Below are positions 30,101 to 40,383 of a stretch of DNA of 64,000 nucleotides, piece after piece (the first letter of the stretch is position 1; the number at the start of each line of letters is the position of its first letter). Position numbers and translations under genes: made by a program. Source of the stretch: Mycobacterium sp. Its GTDB lineage: Bacteria; Actinomycetota; Actinomycetes; Mycobacteriales; Mycobacteriaceae. The stretch covers positions 12,138-76,137 of the forward strand of contig JAOPVI010000048.1 of assembly GCA_025966225.1 (NCBI GenBank). The letters are read 5' to 3'. Below the pieces are notes generated by a model, which saw only the letters and a program-made list of their open reading frames with translations, made no database searches and was not told the DNA's origin.

Positions 30101-31054
30101 GGATGGATCCACGTCTCGACGGCCACCGTCGGCAAGCGGGCCTTCCTCGGCAACTCCGGCATCACCCAGCCGGGCCGGCGGGTGCCCGACGACGGGCTGG
30201 TGGCCGTGCTCAGTGCGACGCCGCACAAGGCCAAGGCGGGTTCGTCGTGGCTGGGCAGCCCACCGATCCGGCTGCGCCGCAAACCGACGGCCGCCGACGC
30301 GCTCCGCACCTTCCATCCCTCGCTGCGGCTGAAGGTCATGCGCGCGACGGTCGAGACGTTCCGGGTGATCCCGTTGATCGTGACGTTCGCCATCGGCGTG
30401 GCGGTGCTTGGCGGATTGCAATTGTTGGCCCGCGAATGCGGCTGGTGGTGGACGGTGGCCGCAGGCGGAGTCGTGCTGCTCGCGGCGGGCGCGCTGGCGG
30501 GGGCCGTCGCGGTCATCGCGAAGTGGTTGGTGGTCGGACGCATCAAGGCCGTCGAACATCCGCTGTGGTCGTCGTTCGTGTGGCGCAACGAGGTCTCCGA
30601 CACCTTCGTCGAGACGGTGGCGGGGCCCTGGTTCGCCAGGGCGGCCAGCGGCACCCCGGTGATGAATCTGTGGCTACGGGCGCTCGGGGCCTCGGTCGGC
30701 CGGGGCGTGTGGTGTGAAACCTACTGGCTGCCAGAGGCCGACCTGGTCACCCTCGGCCGGGGCGCGACGGTCAACCGCGGCTGCGTGGTTCAGACCCACC
30801 TGTTCCACGACCGCATCATGCGCTTGGACACCGTCGTCGTCGAAGCCGGCGCCACCCTGGGCCCCCATTGTGTGGCCCTGCCTGCCGCCAAGATCGGCGC
30901 GGGGGCAACGGTCGGACCGGCCTCCCTGGTCATGCGTGGCGACGAAGTGCCGCCGTCGACGCGATGGCAAGGGAACCCGATCGCCCCGTGGAATGCCTTC
31001 CGCAAGAAGCGCCGCAGCGCGCCCGACAAGACTCCCAAGGAATCCGCCGCGTGA
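27113..31054 (+). CDS. Pls/PosA-type single-module non-ribosomal peptide synthetase: adenylation - thiolation - six TM helices interleaved with three hexapeptide-repeat (acyltransferase-like) domains
   Basis: ORF of 1313 aa. A-domain cores present are IIFTSGSTGTPKGV, FDAS, NTYGPTE, YRSGD, GRADDQVKVGGRRIELGEV and PTRTSGKVDR. The carrier-protein motif is FFALGGGSLSAAQL. There follow three TM pairs, each followed by a left-handed beta-helix-like repeat region (e.g. IGARTTLLPNAIIGKNADVAPGSGVIGKV). No HHxxxDG condensation motif or thioesterase domain was noticed. Confidence 0.88.
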   Translation: MTMDVGGGALSADARPGIPAQYLLSAQAPDPRTLIDVLYATAERHPDSPALDDGDVQLTYAELVADIEESVEWLAARGIGRGDRIGIRMPSGSYALYVAILSALAVGAAYVPVDADDPDERAELVFGEAGVVGVITEAGLVRGVGLSRGWRAGEPLARDDAWIIFTSGSTGTPKGVAVTHRNAAAFVDAEAQIFLQDNPLGPGDRVLAGLSVAFDASCEEMWLAWRHGACLVPAPRSLVRSGMDLGPWLVSRDITVVSTVPTLAALWPAEALEAVRLLIFGGEACPPELAERLAVEGREVWNTYGPTEATVVASLARLHGNSPVSIGLPLPGWDLAVVDKDGQPVAKGEVGELVIGGVGLARYLDPEKDAEKYAPMPTLEWARAYRSGDLVRLEADGLYFQGRADDQVKVGGRRIELGEVDSALVNLPGVSGGAAAVRRTTSGTPLLVGYIASADPEFDLAAARAALADSLPAALVPRLVLVDELPTRTSGKVDRNALPWPIEGDDGSDGPELAGTMGWLAGLWRDVLAAPVDGPEADFFALGGGSLSAAQLVAALRARYPQVTVADLYDHPRLGSLAGYLDELDPPPKVETRLVKPVSRWTELAQVVASVPLATLAGMQWVVWLALLNNVAAALHVVPWAQPVNWWWVLAGFLVFVTPLGRMGIAILGARILVGGLEPGTYRRGGSVHLRVWLAERLADASGAENQAGAPWLVYYARALGNRVGKGVDLHSAPPVTGMLTLGHRCSIEPEVDLTGHWIDGDLFHVGPITVGNDATIGARTTLLPNAIIGKNADVAPGSGVIGKVKAGQYWKGSPAMKSGKARHPWPDERPRRAPLWVAVYGVTSVLLGGVPLVALGAGLALLGWAIRDTPTLRAALVPVAIWTPVATIVAVVVYAATTVIGVRMLALGLREGYHPVRSRVGWQLWATERLMDAARNYLFPIYASLLTPWWLRLLGAKIGKGTEISTALLTPKFTVVEDGAFLADDTMVASYELGGGWIHVSTATVGKRAFLGNSGITQPGRRVPDDGLVAVLSATPHKAKAGSSWLGSPPIRLRRKPTAADALRTFHPSLRLKVMRATVETFRVIPLIVTFAIGVAVLGGLQLLARECGWWWTVAAGGVVLLAAGALAGAVAVIAKWLVVGRIKAVEHPLWSSFVWRNEVSDTFVETVAGPWFARAASGTPVMNLWLRALGASVGRGVWCETYWLPEADLVTLGRGATVNRGCVVQTHLFHDRIMRLDTVVVEAGATLGPHCVALPAAKIGAGATVGPASLVMRGDEVPPSTRWQGNPIAPWNAFRKKRRSAPDKTPKESAA

Positions 31055-32448
31055 CCCGCTCCGCGAAGAAGACCGGCGCTGGGGGTCACCCCGCTTGCGG
31101 GGGAGAGCGCGGCGACCGGGGGAAGAATGGAGCACGCAAGGGCAGCACCCCACCCGTCATCGACCCCTACCTTCCACACAACGGCAACTTCGGGTTCCGG
31201 GTGTCCCGGTACGAATTGGAGCTCGAGTACAAGGTCCAGCTCAACCGGCTGTCGGGCACGGCGACCATCACCGCCGCGACGCTCGCATCGCTGAAGACGT
31301 TCACGCTCGATCTCGCCGACGCCCTGACGGTGTCCAAGGTGTCCGTCAACGGCCATCGGCCCGCTCAGTTCCGTCACGCGAGTGGCAAGCTGCACGTCAC
31401 GTTGTCCTCGACGCTGCCCGCAGGCGCCGCCATGTCGATCAGCGTGCGCTACGCAGGGAACCCGCGACCCATCCAATCCCTATGGGGCGAAGTCGGATTC
31501 GAGGAGCTCTCGGCCGGAGCACTGGTCGCTGGCCAACCGAACGGCGCCGCGACCTGGTTCCCCTGCGACGACCACCCAAGCTCAAAGGCCAGCTACCGCA
31601 TCCAGCTCAGCACCGAGAACCCCTATCGCGCGGTCGTCAACGGCAAGTTGCTGTCCCGCCGCACCCGTGCGGCGATGACCACGTGGACGTACGAGCAGGC
31701 CGAGCCGACGTCGACGTACCTGATGACCCTGCAGATCGGGGTGTACGAGGCGCACCGGCTGGCGAAGGCGCCCGTCGAAATGAATGCCGCGTTGCCGCAA
31801 CGCTTGCGCCGCAACTTCGACCACGACTTCGGCCGCCAGCCCGACATGATGAAGCTCTTCGTCAAACTGTTCGGCCCGTATCCACTCGCCACGGGCCACA
31901 CCGTCGTCGTGACCGACGACGACCTCGAGATTCCGCTTGAGGCGCAGGGCATTTCGATCTTCGGCGCGAACCACTGCGACGGGCATCGCAGCTCGGAGCG
32001 GCTCATCGCACACGAGCTTGCCCACCAGTGGTTCGGCAATTCGGTGACCGCGCGGCGCTGGCGCGACATCTGGCTACACGAAGGATTCGCGTGTTACGCG
32101 GAGTGGTTGTGGTCAGAGGAGTCCGGCGGCCGCAGCGCCGACGAGTGGGCCCGGCACTACCACCAGCGGCTCAAGTCGTCGGCCCAGAATCTGCTGCTGG
32201 CCGACCCCGGCCCTAAGGACATGTTCGACGACCGCGTCTACAAGCGCGGAGCCATCACGCTGCACGTGTTGCGACGCACGATCGGCGACGAGAACTTCTT
32301 CAACCTGCTTCGGGGCTGGACCGCGCGCTACTGGCACACCACCGCGGTCACCGACGACTTCACCGGGCTGGCAGCCAATTACACGGACCAGTCGCTGCGT
32401 CCGCTCTGGCAGGCCTGGCTGTACTCGACGGCTGTCCCCGACCTGTGA
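31051..32448 (+). CDS. M1-family zinc metallopeptidase (aminopeptidase N-like)
   Basis: GTG at 31051 overlaps the NRPS stop (GTGA). The motif HELAHQWFGNSV...WLHEGFA fits HEXXH-X18-E. The N-terminus is basic and no signal peptide is evident. Confidence 0.88.
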   Translation: MTRSAKKTGAGGHPACGGERGDRGKNGARKGSTPPVIDPYLPHNGNFGFRVSRYELELEYKVQLNRLSGTATITAATLASLKTFTLDLADALTVSKVSVNGHRPAQFRHASGKLHVTLSSTLPAGAAMSISVRYAGNPRPIQSLWGEVGFEELSAGALVAGQPNGAATWFPCDDHPSSKASYRIQLSTENPYRAVVNGKLLSRRTRAAMTTWTYEQAEPTSTYLMTLQIGVYEAHRLAKAPVEMNAALPQRLRRNFDHDFGRQPDMMKLFVKLFGPYPLATGHTVVVTDDDLEIPLEAQGISIFGANHCDGHRSSERLIAHELAHQWFGNSVTARRWRDIWLHEGFACYAEWLWSEESGGRSADEWARHYHQRLKSSAQNLLLADPGPKDMFDDRVYKRGAITLHVLRRTIGDENFFNLLRGWTARYWHTTAVTDDFTGLAANYTDQSLRPLWQAWLYSTAVPDL

Positions 32449-33722
32449 CCGACGGCGCGTCGGCAGTACCAGCACCCGGCCCGATCCCTCAGGGACCCGT
32501 GACCAGGGCCAGTGTCGCCCGGGTTGGCATCGCGACCGTCATCAGCGCGCTGTGCGGGTATGCGGTGCTCTACCTCGCCGCCCGCGACCTCGAACCAGCA
32601 GGCTTCTCGGTGTTCGCCGTGTTCTGGGGCGCGTTCGGGTTGCTGGCAGGAGCGGCCAACGGCTTGTTGCAGGAGTCCACCCGCGAGGTGCGCCAGGTCC
32701 AGCAGGGCCCGGAAACGACGGGCCCGCAGCTCCATCCGATCCGGGTGGCCGTCGTGGTCGGCCTGGTCGCCGCAGCTGTCGTCGCGGGCACCGCCCCGCT
32801 GTGGTCGAGTCACGTCTTCGTCGAGTCACGTTGGCTCAGCGTCGGCCTGCTCAGCGTGGGCATCTTTGGGTTCTGCCTGCACGCGACGCTGCTTGGCGTG
32901 CTGGCCGGGGTCAACCGCTGGAGCCAGTACGGGACACTGATCGTCGGCGACGCGACGGGCCGTGTCGTCGTCGCGACCGCCACGTTCCTGGTCGGCTGGG
33001 GTCTGGTCGGCTACCTGTGGGCCACCGTCGCTGGGTCGATCGCCTGGCTGGTGCTGCTGTTGGCGTCACCGGCGACGCGCGCGGCGGCACGCGTGCTAAC
33101 CCCCGGCACCACCATGACGTTCCTTCGCGGCGCCTCTCATTCGATCGCGGCGGCAGGCGCCAGCGCCATCCTGATCATGGGCTTCCCCGTGCTACTGAAG
33201 GCCACGTCGCATGAACTCGGCGCGACCGGCGGCGTGGTGATCCTCGCGGTGACGTTGACGCGCGCCCCGCTGCTTGTTCCGTTGAACGCGATGCAGGGCA
33301 ACCTCATCGCCCACTTCGTCGACGAGCGGTCCGCGCGACTGCGCGCGTTGATCATGCCTGCGTTGGTGGTGTTGGGCCTCGGCGCGCTCGCGGTGCTCGT
33401 CGCCGGGTTGGCCGGGCCGTGGCTGTTGCAGGTGGCGTTCGGACCCGAATACCGGGCGGGCGGCGGCCTGCTGGCCTGGTTCACGGCCGCGGCCATCGCC
33501 ATCGCGCTGCTGACCCTGACCGGGGCCGCGACCGTCGCGGCCGCACTGCATCGGGCGTACGCGGCCGGGTGGGTCGGTGCGACGCTGGCCTCGGCGTTGC
33601 TGTTGCTGCTGCCAACGCCGTTGGAGACGCGAACCGTGGTCGCCCTGCTGTGCGGGCCGCTGGTCGGAATCGTGGTGCATCTGGTCGCGTTGGTAAGGAG
33701 CGAGCCAGGTCCGAACGTGTAG
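32445..33722 (+). CDS. polytopic membrane protein, Rv3630-like (MOP/Wzx flippase-like)
   Basis: ORF of 425 aa that is hydrophobic throughout, with about 12-14 predicted TM helices. GTG at 32445 overlaps the M1 peptidase stop (GTGA). The flippase assignment is an inference from topology and context. Confidence 0.7.
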   Translation: MTDGASAVPAPGPIPQGPVTRASVARVGIATVISALCGYAVLYLAARDLEPAGFSVFAVFWGAFGLLAGAANGLLQESTREVRQVQQGPETTGPQLHPIRVAVVVGLVAAAVVAGTAPLWSSHVFVESRWLSVGLLSVGIFGFCLHATLLGVLAGVNRWSQYGTLIVGDATGRVVVATATFLVGWGLVGYLWATVAGSIAWLVLLLASPATRAAARVLTPGTTMTFLRGASHSIAAAGASAILIMGFPVLLKATSHELGATGGVVILAVTLTRAPLLVPLNAMQGNLIAHFVDERSARLRALIMPALVVLGLGALAVLVAGLAGPWLLQVAFGPEYRAGGGLLAWFTAAAIAIALLTLTGAATVAAALHRAYAAGWVGATLASALLLLLPTPLETRTVVALLCGPLVGIVVHLVALVRSEPGPNV

Positions 33723-33723
33723 T

Positions 33724-34437
33724 TTGTTCGGCATCAGCACCTCAGACACCCGTTACGACGACGTTTGGATCGTCGTCCCAGCCTTCAACGAAGCGAGCGT
33801 GATCGCCGAGGTCATCGCCGACGTTCGCTCCGTCTTCCGTCATGTGGTGTGCGTCGACGACGGCAGCAGCGACGACACCAGCGACCGGGCCTTCTCCGCC
33901 GGCGCTCACGTCGTGCGCCATCCGGTCAATCTCGGGCAGGGTGCGGCCATCCAGACCGGCGTCGAGTACGCCCGGAGCAGGCCGGGCGCCGCGGTGTTCG
34001 CGACGTTCGACGCCGACGGCCAGCACCGCGTCAAGGACGTCGTGGGCATGATCGACCGGCTCACCTCCGAGGACCTCGACATCGTCGTCGGTACCCGGTT
34101 CGGCGACCGCGTCCCCGAGGGCATGCCGAAGCTGAGGCGACTGCTGTTCCCCATCATCGCCAAGGTCAGCCCCGCCAGCCGCAAGCTCGGCCTCACCGAC
34201 GCGCACAACGGGCTGCGGGTGTTCGACAAGACCGTTGCCGATGGCCTCAACCTCACGATGAGCGGCATGAGCCACGCCAGCGAGTTCGTGGCGCTGATCG
34301 TCGAGAACGGTTGGCGGGTGGCCGAGCAACCGGTCGAGATCCTGTACACCGAATACTCGATGTCGAAGGGCCAGCCGCTGGTCAACGGGGTCAACATCAT
34401 CGTCGACGGGTTGCTGCGCGGAAGGATGCGCCGATGA
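33724..34437 (+). CDS. ppgS: GT2 polyprenyl-phosphate glycosyltransferase (Rv3631/PpgS-like)
   Basis: ORF of 237 aa with a TTG start 1 nt after the upstream stop. GT-A motifs VVPAFNE, DDGSSD and DADGQH are present. The symbol comes from synteny with the remembered Rv3631. Confidence 0.82.
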   Translation: MFGISTSDTRYDDVWIVVPAFNEASVIAEVIADVRSVFRHVVCVDDGSSDDTSDRAFSAGAHVVRHPVNLGQGAAIQTGVEYARSRPGAAVFATFDADGQHRVKDVVGMIDRLTSEDLDIVVGTRFGDRVPEGMPKLRRLLFPIIAKVSPASRKLGLTDAHNGLRVFDKTVADGLNLTMSGMSHASEFVALIVENGWRVAEQPVEILYTEYSMSKGQPLVNGVNIIVDGLLRGRMRR

Positions 34438-34775
34438 ACTGGATCCAGGTACTGCTGATCGCTGCGGTCGTCGTGCTTCTGGTGTACCTACTGGCTTCCC
34501 GCCGCAAGGCGCAGTCGAGGGCCTGGGTGAAGGTCGGCTACGTGCTCTTCGTCATCGCGGCGGTGTACGCCATCGTGCGACCCGACGACACCACCGTGGT
34601 GGCCAACTGGCTTGGCATCGGGCGCGGGGCTGACCTGCTCGAGTATGCGTTCATCATCGCGTTCCTGTTCACCACGATCAGCGCATACATGCGCTTCAAG
34701 GACCTCGAATTGCGCTATGCCCGTTTGGCGCGCGCGGTGGCGCTGGAAGGGGCCAGGGCGCCGGAAGATGGTTAG
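34434..34775 (+). CDS. small membrane protein DUF2304 (Rv3632-like)
   Basis: ATG at 34434 overlaps the ppgS stop (ATGA). The 113 aa begin MNWIQVLLIAAVVVLLVYLL and contain about 3 TM helices. Confidence 0.75.
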   Translation: MNWIQVLLIAAVVVLLVYLLASRRKAQSRAWVKVGYVLFVIAAVYAIVRPDDTTVVANWLGIGRGADLLEYAFIIAFLFTTISAYMRFKDLELRYARLARAVALEGARAPEDG

Positions 34776-34909
34776 TTCGCCGCCCGCAGCTCAGTGACTC
34801 GGCGGGATTCCTTCGAGCAACGCGGCCAGTACCTGGTCCGTTGCGCCTCGAGCTCGGGCTGTGGCAGCACCGCCCGGATGAGCGCTGCCCCGTCACTCAC
34901 AATCTTTTC

Positions 34910-37701
<2,792 letters not shown>

Positions 37702-37762
37702 CTGGACACAGGCGATAATCAGAAGTTGACGGTGACTGGTTCGGTATCCGAGGGGTGCACGG

Positions 37763-38161
37763 GTGGGCGTTCTTGACGGCTTCTTGTCGACGTGGTCGAA
37801 CGCTAAGGCGACCTTCGGTGAGGGCGCCCCACGGGGTGGCGCACAGTTCGACGCCAGCGGACCCCTCAACCAGCTGAAATCCGATCTCGACTCGGCGGCG
37901 CCCGGCTCAAGGTGGACTGGTTCGGCCGCAACCGCATACGGAGCGGCCAACAGCGAGCACCAGCGTGTCATCGGCGAATTGGGCGGGTTGGACAAGCGCC
38001 TCGCCGCCCACGTCGACGAGTCAGCCCGCATCGTCACCGCGGGACGCAACGAGCTCGATGCAGTGCGCAAGTGGGTCGTCGACGCGGCGGGAAACATGCC
38101 CAACAATGCCGAAGGCCAGCGGATGCTGGTGCGACTCATGGCAATTGATGAGCAACGATGA
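37763..38161 (+). CDS. EspA/EspE-like (WXG-type helical) protein, probably truncated
   Basis: The 132 aa contain GSRWTGSAATAYGAANSEHQRVIGELGGLDKRLAAHVDESARIVTAGRNEL. This parallels the remembered EspA segment GDGWLGSAADKYAGKNRNHVNFFQELADLDRQLISLIHDQANAVQTTRDIL. Downstream, plausible coding segments switch frames. Confidence 0.5.
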   Translation: MGVLDGFLSTWSNAKATFGEGAPRGGAQFDASGPLNQLKSDLDSAAPGSRWTGSAATAYGAANSEHQRVIGELGGLDKRLAAHVDESARIVTAGRNELDAVRKWVVDAAGNMPNNAEGQRMLVRLMAIDEQR

Positions 38162-38602
38162 CGTCCCCGGGGATTGAGGCAAGTTCGCCGACCAGCAGAA
38201 GGGCGGCTTCGACCGCCTGCCGGACTCCGTCCAGAAGATTCTGGAAGAAGCGAACCCCAAGGCGTCGACGCCCTGCGGATAACGCTGTCCGCTCCGGGAG
38301 AACCCTCTCCGTTGCAACCACAGGTCGGCCCGTCCCCCGCACCGAGCGCCGATGTGTTCGGCGATTGGCGAATCCCCAATGTCGAGTTCCCGACCAAACC
38401 TTACTTCGCTCTCAATGGCCCACGTACGAAGCAGATGTAGCGAAATGCGTTGAGAAGGCGCCGGATTCGCTAGAACGGCGTGCCTTCCTCCTTAATGGTG
38501 AGCATCCGCGCAGCGACTTTCCCACGTCACCGTCAAATCCAGGGTGGCCGGAGAAGAAGGACTGAGCGGAAGCCGTCAGCCGCTCGTGCCAAGCTAGTAA
38601 GC

Positions 38603-38983
38603 GTGACTAACTTACGCGACGAAGGTCTGCAGGTCTTTCGAGAGTTGCTTCCTGGAGTACTTCCCGACGGCCCCAACGATCAGGTCGACTTCGGCTCCGA
38701 CGGCTTCGCCCCCGAACTCATGGACATCGGCCTCGAGAACGTCTTCGGCAAGCTGTGGACGCGCGAAGGATTGAGCCGCCGCGACCGCAGCCTCGTCACG
38801 CTCGGGATTCTCATCGCACTGCGCGCAGATCAGGAACTGAAGTTCCACTTCAAGATTGCGCGTACCAACGGATTGACCGACGAGGAACTCGCGGAAGTCA
38901 TCTACCACGCCAGTGGCTACGCCGGCTTTCCCGCTGCGGCGACGGCCAAGGGCGTGGCCGACGAGGCCTTCGCGGATGAGTGA
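38603..38983 (+). CDS. carboxymuconolactone decarboxylase (CMD/AhpD-like) family protein
   Basis: GTG at 38603 lies in frame with ORF 38480..38983. The pattern VFGKLWTREGLSRRDRSLVTLGILIALR...HASGYAGFPAA is typical of CMD-family proteins. Confidence 0.78.
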   Translation: MTNLRDEGLQVFRELLPGVLPDGPNDQVDFGSDGFAPELMDIGLENVFGKLWTREGLSRRDRSLVTLGILIALRADQELKFHFKIARTNGLTDEELAEVIYHASGYAGFPAAATAKGVADEAFADE

Positions 38984-38997
38984 CGCGGGCGAATGTG

Positions 38998-39070
38998 AGC
39001 CGCCTCCGGGAATCGAACCCGGGACCTTCTCATTACGAGTGAGACGCTCTACCGACTGAGCTAAGGCGGC
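38998..39070 (-). tRNA. tRNA-Thr (anticodon CGT)
   Basis: The reverse complement is GCCGCCTTAGCTCAGTCGGTAGAGCGTCTCACTCGTAATGAGAAGGTCCCGGGTTCGATTCCCGGAGGCGGCT. It shows a cloverleaf with a 7-bp acceptor stem, a T-arm GGTTCGATTCC and the anticodon loop CT-CGT-AA. No CCA is encoded. Confidence 0.92.
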
Positions 39071-39143
39071 GGTGCCCGGCCGATGGGTCATCGTTTCAGG
39101 GCGCGACGAGTGTACGACAGCGGCCCTGCGGTCCCAAAGTTGA

Positions 39144-40349
39144 TCAACGCAAGGCCTGGCCCACCGTCGCCACCATCGCGTCCACCGCGAACTTCGGCTT
39201 GACGTTGACGGCGAGCGCCTCGCGGCACTCCAGCACCGCCTCGATGCACCGCAACAGCCGGTCCGGCGGAGCGTGGGCGGCCATCGCCGCGATCTTGTCG
39301 GCCATGTCCGGGTGATTGGGCTGCACCGCGTACGCACCCGAGGACACCAGCAGCGCATCGCGAAAGTACGTCGCCAGATCGATGAGCGCCCGGTCCAGCG
39401 CGTCACGCGACGCTCGGGTGAGGCGTGACTTCTGGCGTCGCTCAAGTTCTTTCAGCGCGCCAGCGGAGCCCCGCAGGGCAGTGGCCGTGCCCTTGCCGCT
39501 ACCACCAGCACCCAACGCCGTACGGAGCTCCTCGGTCTCGGCTTCGTTACGGTCCTCCGTCAGCGCCTTCGCCTCTGACTCCGCGGACGCCACCAACTCC
39601 TCGACGGCGGCGAAGGCCCGCGACGGCGTCGCCGCGTCGCGGGCGAGGCTCAGCGCGCGTTCCCGACGGCCACGCGCCTGCTCATCGGTGGCCAATCGGC
39701 GGGCCCGACCCACGTGTCCACCGCTGACCGACGCCGCCCAGAGCGCGTCGGCCTCTGGCAGTCCGTCGGTTTCGACGAGCACCTGGGCGATCGCTTCGAG
39801 CCTGGGAGTGACCAACGCCACGTGACGACACCGCGAGCGCAAGGTGATCGAGATGTCCTCGGGATCCACCGACGGGGCGCACAGCAGGAAGACCGTCGAC
39901 GGCGGCGGCTCCTCAACGACCTTGAGCAGGGCGTTCGCCGCGCCTTCGGTCAATCGGTCGGCGTCCTCGACCAGCACGACCTGCCATCTGCCCGTGCCGG
40001 GCCGCCGCGAGGCCACCTGCACGATTCCGCGCATCTCGTCGACACCGATGGATAGGCCCTCGGGGATGATCCGGCGGACGTCGGCGTGCGTGCCCGCCAT
40101 GGTCGTGGTGCACGCGCGGCACTCTCCACATCCCGGAATGCCGTCCGACGTGCACTGCAGCGCGGCCGCAAAGCACAGCGCCGCAATCGACCGACCCGAG
40201 CCGGGGGGCCCCGTGATCAGCCACGCATGTGTCATCGTCCCGGTCACGACCGTGCTGTGAGCCGAGTCACCGCCGGCAGCCGTCGCCGCGGCCACCAATT
40301 CCGCTTCGACAGCGTCCTGGCCCACGAGACGCGAGAAAACACCACTCAT
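39144..40349 (-). CDS. holB: DNA polymerase III subunit delta'
   Basis: The internal ATG at 40349 gives MSGVFSRLVGQDAVEAEL and a 401-aa product, with the P-loop ITGPPGSGRS. The longer ORF reaching 40622 overlaps the divergent cyclase gene. Confidence 0.9.
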   Translation of the reverse strand: MSGVFSRLVGQDAVEAELVAAATAAGGDSAHSTVVTGTMTHAWLITGPPGSGRSIAALCFAAALQCTSDGIPGCGECRACTTTMAGTHADVRRIIPEGLSIGVDEMRGIVQVASRRPGTGRWQVVLVEDADRLTEGAANALLKVVEEPPPSTVFLLCAPSVDPEDISITLRSRCRHVALVTPRLEAIAQVLVETDGLPEADALWAASVSGGHVGRARRLATDEQARGRRERALSLARDAATPSRAFAAVEELVASAESEAKALTEDRNEAETEELRTALGAGGSGKGTATALRGSAGALKELERRQKSRLTRASRDALDRALIDLATYFRDALLVSSGAYAVQPNHPDMADKIAAMAAHAPPDRLLRCIEAVLECREALAVNVKPKFAVDAMVATVGQALR

Positions 40350-40383
40350 CGAGCGCAAGCCTAGTGCTCGGGCCGGACACGAC

